Assembly (NCBI GenBank): GCA_030740155.1
Contig: JASLXV010000001.1
Span: 1 to 33,025, forward strand
Direction of reading: 5' to 3'
DNA from: Dehalococcoidia bacterium
Lineage (GTDB): Bacteria > Chloroflexota > Dehalococcoidia > Lucifugimonadales > UBA3495
Length of the DNA stretch: 33,025 nucleotides
Position 1 is the first letter of the stretch; each line of letters starts with the position of its first letter. The notes beneath the pieces are model-generated. The model was not told the DNA's origin, searched no databases, and saw only the letters and a list, made by a program, of their open reading frames with translations. Position numbers and translations under genes: made by a program. This document shows positions 25,611 to 33,025 of the stretch, one piece after another.

Positions 25611-25817
25611 TTACCGCTGAAGAATCTTCCCCAGCTTGATTACGGCAAGCCCAAGGCCGCTCCCAATAACGGCGACTGCAAATCCCCGGAAGAAGTCACC
25701 GGAATCGAAGCCGGACACCACCAGCGCGCGGATTATGTCGAAGCCGCCGCCGAAAAGGGCCACTACTATGACGGCTACGCCTATGACGTTCGATATTTTC
25801 AAATTGCGGAAGTTCAT
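25611..25817 (-). CDS. Small two-TM membrane protein
   Basis: Two hydrophobic segments and a basic C-terminus. Confidence 0.6.
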   Translation of the reverse strand: MNFRNLKISNVIGVAVIVVALFGGGFDIIRALVVSGFDSGDFFRGFAVAVIGSGLGLAVIKLGKILQR

Positions 25818-26115
25818 CCCTGCCAGTGTAGAGGATCAATACACAACCTTGCCTAGCATTTCCAGCGCGGGTCTCGACGAAAAGTAGGGGCCACACACCC
25901 GAAACCCGCCTCCACGCGGTGGGTGAGTTTCTTGCCCGGCGCGGCTTGAGGGTGGTCTGGCGGCCCGTTGGCACCGCCGGTACCGAGGGCTTTCGGGGAA
26001 GTCCACTTTGGCTGGGGTTGTTGGGGCGCCTTCTCAGGGGTGACGTTGACCCGGTGCCTGCTTCCGGGTTCAGCCGGGACGAGAGGCCCGGGGAGATCAC
26101 CGGGAGGGCGGACCG

Positions 26116-26265
26116 TTATCGACGTGAAAGGGACAGCCAGTCCGGACGCCGCCGGCGCAAACCGGCCGCGAGGCGCTCCATGTGTAGTGCAATAAGCAGC
26201 AGTGAATAGGATAGGCCGATGCCTACGACGACGAACCCAAAGAATGTCCACTCAGACCACTCCAT
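26116..26265 (-). CDS. Small single-TM protein (49 aa)
   Basis: GGAG SD, MEWSEWTFFGFVVVGIGLSYSLLLIAL, Arg-rich tail. Confidence 0.5.
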   Translation of the reverse strand: MEWSEWTFFGFVVVGIGLSYSLLLIALHMERLAAGLRRRRPDWLSLSRR

Positions 26266-26502
26266 CTCTGGTAGCTCTCCAACCTCAGAATCTCTATATC
26301 TATATGATGCCCTAGAATTACCCTGTGGTTCCATAGAGGCAACACCCGGACAATGTTAGATATCTATTAAGGGCCTTCGAAAGACGCAAAGCAAGTCACG
26401 GAAACAGGCTCTTTAGCCGGAGATTCACGACGGTCCACCTTTGGGGAACCGATCCAATTTGCTGTTCTAGGAGCACTGGTTACGAATTAGCTCGTGCGCC
26501 AT

Positions 26503-28164
26503 TCAGGAAGACCCGTCAATGATTATGTCAAGCACCGCCGGCTTCCCCAAATCCATCGCCTGCCGTAGCGCGGGGCCGATTTCCGACGGGTCCTCGATAG
26601 TCCTCCCGTAGAGGCCGATGGCGTTGGCTATCCCCGCGATGTTCAGCGGTATCGGGAAGTCCATGCCGACGTAGCTTCTCGACAGGTCCTCGCCGAGTAC
26701 CTGGCTTTGGTAGACGTCCATGTTCAGCTTCAGGATACGGTAGGACCGGTTGTTGCAGATCAGGTAGACCACCGGGATGTTGGCGTTGGCTGCCGTCCAA
26801 AGGGCTTGGACCGTCATCATGGCGCTGCCGTCGCCGACGATGCCAACCACGGGACGGTCCGGGTGGGCCAGCTTGACCCCCATGGCGCCGCCCATGCCCC
26901 AGCCGATGGCTCCCACCCGTTCTCCGAAGATGGAGTCCGGTCCGTTGAACGTAAAAGCGCCGTGCAGGGCATCCTTGGAGCTGATCGAGTCGTCCACGAT
27001 GATTGTCTCGGGTGGCAAGGCCCCGGCGGCCTCGGCCATCATCCGCTCGGCGGACATGGGCCGCTGGTCCCATTTTTCCTTCAGCCGCCGCCCCCAGGCA
27101 GCCGTCAACTCCGCTTTCATCTGCCCAACGGATAAGGCGCGGCTCCGGGCGGTTTCCCGGCCGGGACCGGACATGCCACCGTCCACGGCGGCGGCGATAT
27201 CCCGCAGAGCGGAGCAAGGATCGGCTATTATGCCCACTGCCGTCGGCTCGCTTCTGCCGACCGCTCGATAGGCCGAGTCCACGTGGATCAGCTTGGCCCC
27301 GCTCGCAAGGCTGCCCCCGGAGAAATAAAAGAACCCGGAGAACACGTCCGTACCCACGGCCAGCACCACGTCGCCCGAGGCCAGCACCTCCCGCGACGCC
27401 GGAAGGGCCGGGCTGATTCGGCCCAGAAACTGGGGATGTCCGGAGGGGAAATTCATTCTGGCGTAAGAGGTCGTATACACCCTGGCCCCCAGCAGTTCGG
27501 CCAGCCGCACCGCCTGGTCCGTCCCGGCCGACTGGGCCAGCCGGTCTCCCACCACCATGATCGGGTTGACGGCCTTGGTCAGCAGGCCGGCGGCAGCCTG
27601 CACCGCGTCAGGATCCGCGGAGGTCCGGAAATAGCCTCGTGGCGAGGGTAGAATTTCGACATCGGCTTCGTCTTCCAAGGCGTTTGCCGCGATGCCCACG
27701 AAGACCGGCCCGGTTGGAGGAGTTTTGGCCTCGTTGAACGCTCGGCGGAGGGCTCCGGGGACCTGCTCGGCGTGGGTAATCTCCACGCTCCACTTGGTGA
27801 ACTGACGCACCATCTCCACCAGGTCGGTGCGCCCCTCGGTCAGCTTGCGAATGTCCTTGTTGCCGGAGGTCAAGACCAGGGGAGTCCCACCGTCCATGGC
27901 GTGGTGCAGCAAGCTGATTCCGTTGGCCAGGCCGGTCTCGATGTGCAGGTTGACGAAGGAAGGTCGGCCGGTGGCGCACGCGTAGCCGTCGGCCATGCCC
28001 ATCGCTACGCCTTCCTGGGTGGCCAGCAAGTATTCGATGTCGGGGTAGGCGGGAAGAGAGGCCATGATGGCGCTTTCGCTGGTCCCCGGGTTACCGAAGA
28101 TGTACCTCACGCCTTCGGCCCGGAGCATCTCCATGAAGGCTCTTTTCCCGGTCATTCTTGCCAT
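26503..28164 (-). CDS. Thiamine diphosphate-dependent enzyme, benzoylformate decarboxylase-like
   Basis: FGNPGTSE, QEGVAMGMADGYA, VNLH, GDGS...NN ThDP motif; AGGAGG SD. Confidence 0.92.
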   Translation of the reverse strand: MARMTGKRAFMEMLRAEGVRYIFGNPGTSESAIMASLPAYPDIEYLLATQEGVAMGMADGYACATGRPSFVNLHIETGLANGISLLHHAMDGGTPLVLTSGNKDIRKLTEGRTDLVEMVRQFTKWSVEITHAEQVPGALRRAFNEAKTPPTGPVFVGIAANALEDEADVEILPSPRGYFRTSADPDAVQAAAGLLTKAVNPIMVVGDRLAQSAGTDQAVRLAELLGARVYTTSYARMNFPSGHPQFLGRISPALPASREVLASGDVVLAVGTDVFSGFFYFSGGSLASGAKLIHVDSAYRAVGRSEPTAVGIIADPCSALRDIAAAVDGGMSGPGRETARSRALSVGQMKAELTAAWGRRLKEKWDQRPMSAERMMAEAAGALPPETIIVDDSISSKDALHGAFTFNGPDSIFGERVGAIGWGMGGAMGVKLAHPDRPVVGIVGDGSAMMTVQALWTAANANIPVVYLICNNRSYRILKLNMDVYQSQVLGEDLSRSYVGMDFPIPLNIAGIANAIGLYGRTIEDPSEIGPALRQAMDLGKPAVLDIIIDGSS

Positions 28165-28631
28165 GCTGTTTCCTCCTGAAACCCGGCCAAACGGCGACTA
28201 GAAGGCGGCGCAGGCGCACGCTCGCCAGCGGACCGCTCGCCAAGCCCGGACCCGAGGTCGCCGGGATTGCTCCTCGTTCCTCGTCGTCAAGCCGCTCCTG
28301 TGAGTATACGCCGGCGCAGACGCCGGGGGTGTTTCGCCAGGGTGTGGTCTTTGGAAATTCGCGTATTCGAGCGGGCATAGAGCCTACCGTCAGGGTTCGG
28401 AGTTCTCCCAAACGGGCTAGTATTTGCTGTCATAATTCAGCGTTAGAGAGATTCGTATCTGTTGGGGTAGTCCTCAACTTCGGCTATTGTGACTCGGTTC
28501 TTCGCCATTTAGTGCTAGCCCTTTTTTCACCCGCGAATCACCCGGTTCAGTGATGCCATGGCGTCGTCGTTGTGCCACAATCGGAACTAGGTTTCGGAAC
28601 AATCAGCATTAGACCATAAGGGGCAGAAGCA

Positions 28632-28841
28632 ATGCTGTGGAGATTTAAGAGTTGTGGCAAGTGTGGTGGCGACCTGATCATGGAAGCCGACGAGTGGAGG
28701 TGCATCCACTGCGGGCGCTACTATTATCCGCCCGTCAATCAATCCCTTGACCTCGAAACCGCTCAAGACCGGGGAGGGGCACCGGCGGGTAGCGTGGCGG
28801 TCCGGAGTATCGGCACGTTGGCCGACGCCGTCGAAGTGTAG
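28632..28841 (+). CDS. Small zinc-ribbon protein
   Basis: CGKCGGDL...WRCIHCG (CxxC..CxxC); AAGGGG SD. Confidence 0.75.
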   Translation: MLWRFKSCGKCGGDLIMEADEWRCIHCGRYYYPPVNQSLDLETAQDRGGAPAGSVAVRSIGTLADAVEV

Positions 28842-28903
28842 CCGGGGGCGGGACAACAGCGTTCCGAACGTTACCTGAGGGTACCCGTTGCGGTCTTCCC
28901 GCG

Positions 28904-29946
28904 TCACTCTCCTTTCAGCTTCCGCAGCCCTTCCTCCAACGCTGCAATCCGCGCCGCCAGATCCGGGTATTCAGCCGGCGGGGAGCCCGGACTGTCGGTG
29001 ACTGGCCCATAAGCAACCTCTTCCAGGGTGTGCTGCGGCCGCGAGTCCAGCAGAAGACGCACCACGTCCGGGCGGGCGTAGTGGCCCACCGAGTCCATCC
29101 TCAACTTCCGGCGAGAGATTGCTTGCAGGTCCAGGTCGGCGACGACCATTCCTTCACCCTCGATTATGGGCTCGCCCAGGTAACGCCCATCGGGTCCGAC
29201 TATGGCCGTACAGGAAGAGTCCGGCGCCAGCCGCTCCCTCAAATCAGGGTCGGGACAAAGCTCGACCAACTGGTCCGGGCTAAGCCAGCCGGTGGCGTTG
29301 ACCACGAAGCATCCCGACTCCATCGCATGATGGCGAATGGTCACCTCCACCTCTTCTGCGAAGCCGGAGCGTCCGATGTAGCCAGGAAAGTGGGAGCAAT
29401 GGATCTCCTCACGCTGCAGCATGGGCGCATACCGGCACAGTGGCATGTAGTGCTCCCAGCAGATCAGCAGGCCAACCCGCCCGACGGCGGTGTCCAACAC
29501 TTTCAGGTCCGAGCCATCTCCCCAGCCCCGAATGATCCGCTCTTGGTAGGTAGCATCAGCTTGCGGCGCTTGGCCAGCAACGTGCCGTCGGCATCGAACA
29601 CCACTTGGGTGTTGTAAAGACTCCCGCCGTCGCGTTCGTTCACTCCCAGAACCACCACAATCCCCGCCACCGCCGCCGCGACGCCGACGGCCTGGGTGAC
29701 CGGCCCCGGTATCTCGACCGACTGCTCAAAGAGCCGCAGGTGCTGCTCCGCTATGGTGGCGGGAGCCTGCCAGCTGGCAAAGTAGGGGTAATTGGGAATG
29801 AAGGTCTCGGGAAATACCAGGAGCTGGATACCCTGGCGCCCCGCGTCCGCGATGGCGTCCACAACCTTCTGGGTGCTGCCAGCACGGTCGAATAGTACCG
29901 GGGTGAGCTGCACGGCGGCGGCGCGAACGATGCGTCTGCTTTCCAT
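28904..29946 (-). pseudogene. Nitrilase (Nit6803/Nit1C-like), frameshifted at ~29552
   Basis: Two ORFs join: [27 protein letters not shown]-[CT]-TYQER, GDGSDLKV, CWEHY, DSVGHYARPD. The Pro codon of K-L-M-P-T-Y lacks one base. Confidence 0.9.
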
Positions 29947-30414
29947 TGACTCTCCTGATTCTCCCTTGTTTTGAGGCTCCCGGCGCGGAATCTCCGCCAC
30001 GGGAGAGCCGGCCGTTCCGATACCGTAACCGCCGGCGGGTCAGACCGGGTCCGGCCCGCGAGATCCGTGGCACTGTCCGCGGCGGAGGGTGCAATTATAC
30101 TGGGGACCTGGGTGGGGGGAAAGGGGAGTGGAGCTTCAATCCGTCACCAGCACCGGGAGGTTGAAGAAGGGCCGTGGCAGCCGCCGGCATCACCGCAAAG
30201 GGCAGGCAAAGCCATCAGCGTTTGAACTTACCGGCAGCCAAGTTGATGCCTGCCAAAAAATCTGCCACAGGGCTCTTCCCGGAGATTCCCCAAGGGGTCA
30301 CGCCCCGTCAAGTGGTGTGAGAGGGTGTCATCCTCCGGCCATCAGCCGGCTGCCCCTCGGTTTACCGGTCCAGCCAGGTGGAGGCTTCAGGCCCGCTAAT
30401 CTAGGGCCACCACT

Positions 30415-31254
30415 CTAGGACGAGCACGAAAAACTTTCCAGCAGCCGGTCGAAACGGAGCTGCACTACCGTGGCGTCGTCGCCGGTCAGGGTCAGTCGAA
30501 ACGCGGTTTGGGGCAGGGTGCAGACCCAGGTGCCGATGAGGCCGCCGCCGCCGCTGGTTCCGCCGGAATCCGAGGTCTTGAAACCGCCGAAGACGCCCGG
30601 CTCCCGGTCCACGACGATGTCGCCGTCGCGAATTGGGTCAAAGGTGAAATCCGGCTGGCTGTTTCTGAGAATGCTGTAAGTGTCGGCCAAGAAGGACAGC
30701 GGTTCACGGTCCTCCTGGGGGCCCCAGATGAGGGCCACGTTAACCCCTCCGTTGGCGAAACTGACGGTGCCCTGCTGGGCGTTCGGCTCTGGCCCGGTCC
30801 ATCCGGCGGCCCGGACATCGGCGTCTTGGTCTAGCTTGAGGGTGAAGCCATACTCATCGATTGCGTCCGGCAATGCCGGTGTCGGCGTGGGCACCGGCGT
30901 GGGAGTGGAAGTTGGCGCCGGCGTGGGAGTGGAAGTTGGCGCCGGCGTGGCCGTAGCCGCCGGAACGGGCGTGGCCGTGGGCGCCGGGGTAGCGGTTGCC
31001 GCCGGAGCAGGCGTGGCCGTCGCCGTCGCCACCGAAGTGGGTATGACGGTTGGAGCGGGCATGGCGGTAGGAACCGGGGTGGGCGCCGGAACCGCCGTCG
31101 GCGCCGCGGTGGGAACCGGCGCAAGGGTTGCCGTGGGCGGTGGAGGCGCGGGTGTCTCCGTCGCCGCCCCTCCCCCACATGCTGCCAGTGCAAGAGTTGC
31201 TACGGTAAGAAGGACAATTACACCAAATCGGCCGATACATTTCTTTTCAGTCAT
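30415..31254 (-). CDS. Lipoprotein with Pro/Thr/Ala-rich linker and a globular C-terminal domain
   Basis: GAGG SD, MTEKK, hydrophobic core, LAAC lipobox, (PT/PAT)n linker. Confidence 0.85.
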   Translation of the reverse strand: MTEKKCIGRFGVIVLLTVATLALAACGGGAATETPAPPPPTATLAPVPTAAPTAVPAPTPVPTAMPAPTVIPTSVATATATPAPAATATPAPTATPVPAATATPAPTSTPTPAPTSTPTPVPTPTPALPDAIDEYGFTLKLDQDADVRAAGWTGPEPNAQQGTVSFANGGVNVALIWGPQEDREPLSFLADTYSILRNSQPDFTFDPIRDGDIVVDREPGVFGGFKTSDSGGTSGGGGLIGTWVCTLPQTAFRLTLTGDDATVVQLRFDRLLESFSCSS

Positions 31255-31516
31255 ACCCTCGTTCCTGGTTCCGGTATAGAGACCGATATCCGGCGTTAAC
31301 CGGCCGCGTCCTGGTGCGCCTGGTCTGGGCCACCTACCCGATGCTGAGTAGCCCTGGCTTATTCCGATTTTGAGAAAGCCCCACACTTGGAGGCCGGTGT
31401 CGGTTACGGGTCCAAGGGGCCTCCCCTCGTCCTTCCTTCTCCGGTGGGTCCGAGGGAGGTGAGGGCCAAGCTCCGCGGGCCGGGCATTCAGCCTCTGGCC
31501 CGCGGGGAAGCCGGGC

Positions 31517-33025
31517 CTACTGGCCACCGAACAGGGCGCCGCCGAAGATATCCAGTGCGTCGCCCTGTAAAGCGGTCCCATCGTCTCCGGCCGCCGGGCC
31601 GGCGACATCGGCCAACAGGTCGAAGCTGGTGGCCCCGCCGGTGATGTCATCAAAGTTCGCCGCGCCGCCTCCCAGTAGGTCCGCACCCAGGGCGTCGAGG
31701 GCGGCTTCCTGGTGGCCGTCGTCCAGCGTTCCAAGTTGGTCGCCGTCGAGGCCCGCCACCATGCCGCTGACCGCGCCGGGATCCAGGGCCCCGAAGTCGC
31801 CCGCCTCGAGGTTCGTCACCATCGCTTCGAGCACGTCCGAGTCCAGGCCGGTGATCTGGGTATGGTCGACGGCGGTTGCCAGTCCGAACAGCTGGCCCGA
31901 GTCTAGGGCACCCATCTGTTCGGTGTCCAATGCGCCAGCGACGGCGAAGGCCTGCTCATCACCCAACCCGGCCAGGTTATCCTGGCTGAAGTTGCCCACC
32001 ACCTGGGACACCTGATCGCCGCCCAGGCCTCCTATCTGGGTATCGTCCATGGCGCCGAACATTCCGGCAAGCTGGTCCCCTTCCAGGTCCAGCGCGGTAT
32101 CCAGCCCCATGGTATCGAACATGCCGAAGGCGCTGTCCGCGTCCATGAACGCGAAGTGCTCCCCGCTCATGTCCGCCGCCGCTTCAAATAGCTGGCCGGG
32201 GTCGAACCCGGCGATCTGGGTATCGTCCATGGCGCCGAACATTCCGGCAAGCTGGTCCCCTTCCAGGTCCAGCGCAGTATCCAGCCCCATGGTATCGAAC
32301 ATGCTGAAGGCGCTGTCCGCGTCCATGTGTTGGAAGTCGGCCCCACCCATGGCCCCGGCGGCGTCGAATAGCTGGCCGGAGCCGAGCCCGACCACCTGAC
32401 GGTCATCCATGGCGCCGAACATGCCGGCAAGCTGGTCCCCTTCCAGGTTCAACGCAATGTCGAGCCCCATGGTGTCGAACATGCCGAAGGCGCTATCCGC
32501 GTCCATGAACTGGAAGTCCGCGCCCTGCATCTGGGAGGCCGCATCCAGGATTTGGATGTCGCCGAACTGGCCGATGTGGTCGTGGTCCATGGCGCCGAAC
32601 ATACCGGCGAGCTGGTCCCCTTCCAGGTCCAGGGCCTGGTCGAACCCCATGGTGTCGAACATGCCGAAGGCGCTGTCCGCGTCCATGTGTTGGAAGTCGG
32701 CCCCACCCATGGCCCCGGCGGCGTCGAATAGCTGGCCGGCGTCGAAATCCATTATCTGGTCGTGGTCCATGGCCCCGAACATGCCGGCCAAGCTGTCGCC
32801 CTCCAGTTCCAGGGCCTGGTCTAATCCCATGGTGTCGAACATGCCGAAGGCGCTGTCCGCGTCCATGTGTTGGAAGTCGGCCCCACTCATGGCCCCGGCG
32901 GCGTCGAATAGCTGGTCGGAGTCGAAGCTCGTGACGTGGTCGTGGTCCATGGCGCCGAACATCCCTGCCAGGCTTTCTCCGCCCATGCCCATGGCCTGGT
33001 CGAAGCCCATGGTGTCGAACGCTTC
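31517..33025 (-). CDS. Met/Asp/Gly-rich tandem-repeat protein (5' truncated by the window)
   Basis: Frame open to the window edge; 60-aa repeats built from 20-aa subunits. Confidence 0.85.
   Translation of the reverse strand, partial: EAFDTMGFDQAMGMGGESLAGMFGAMDHDHVTSFDSDQLFDAAGAMSGADFQHMDADSAFGMFDTMGLDQALELEGDSLAGMFGAMDHDQIMDFDAGQLFDAAGAMGGADFQHMDADSAFGMFDTMGFDQALDLEGDQLAGMFGAMDHDHIGQFGDIQILDAASQMQGADFQFMDADSAFGMFDTMGLDIALNLEGDQLAGMFGAMDDRQVVGLGSGQLFDAAGAMGGADFQHMDADSAFSMFDTMGLDTALDLEGDQLAGMFGAMDDTQIAGFDPGQLFEAAADMSGEHFAFMDADSAFGMFDTMGLDTALDLEGDQLAGMFGAMDDTQIGGLGGDQVSQVVGNFSQDNLAGLGDEQAFAVAGALDTEQMGALDSGQLFGLATAVDHTQITGLDSDVLEAMVTNLEAGDFGALDPGAVSGMVAGLDGDQLGTLDDGHQEAALDALGADLLGGGAANFDDITGGATSFDLLADVAGPAAGDDGTALQGDALDIFGGALFGGQ
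32030..33025. repeat. Coding 180-bp tandem repeat, at least 5 copies
   Basis: Near-identical blocks at 180-nt period, e.g. 32041 versus 32221. Confidence 0.9.

Noticed and set aside
28587..28907. 106-aa ORF coupled to the nitrilase stop
   Set aside because: Mostly antisense to the more convincing zinc-ribbon gene; at most its first ~20 codons may be a remnant of a lost downstream gene.
20814..29946. Mandelonitrile-mandelate-benzoylformate pathway (nitrilase, MR-family enzyme, SDR, ThDP decarboxylase)
   Set aside because: Genes are scattered, differ in composition and are not co-transcribed; the nitrilase is broken and the MR-family protein looks like a sugar-acid dehydratase.
32030..33025. 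Regular repeats as a CRISPR array
   Set aside because: 180-nt in-frame coding period, no unique spacers, no cas genes.
1..33025. KOPS (GGGNAGGG) polarity as support for a terminus
   Set aside because: The few copies seen by eye (e.g. + at ~2888, 8501, 11283, 24687, 30511; - at ~4651, 6699, 31168) show no clean switch. Needs a computed scan.

Overview
GC-rich bacterial chromosome segment, most likely Chloroflexota/Dehalococcoidia (SAR202-like; inferred from gene order and protein style). Left part (minus strand): purine cluster guaA-purD-(2 hypotheticals)-purE-HAD phosphatase-purB-purC-DUF3105-purS. Centre (plus strand): tsaC, a degenerate polyprenyl synthase, pgk, apgM, tpiA, miaA, dapF, hicB plus a broken hicA, dapL, hflX, an SDR, then tRNA-Val(CAC), tRNA-Leu(CAG) and tRNA-Arg(GCG). 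Right part: accessory region with a ~245-bp duplication of the tRNA-Leu 3' end plus tRNA-Arg around an AT-richer enolase-superfamily gene, small proteins, a ThDP enzyme, a frameshifted nitrilase, a lipoprotein and a Met/Asp-rich repeat protein. Main signals not explained by the gene list: (1) about 14 XerD-arm-like motifs (TTATGT[ACT]A), many inside genes, whose orientation flips at ~20.6-21.7 kb next to a full dif-like site, suggesting a polar terminus architecture; (2) three genes (guaA, the prenyl synthase, hflX) that seem to need near-cognate starts (ACG, ATT, ATC) behind strong SD sequences; (3) a switch-like structured guaA leader; (4) a duplicated tRNA-Arg with the rare GCG anticodon. 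All motif scans and alignments were done by eye.
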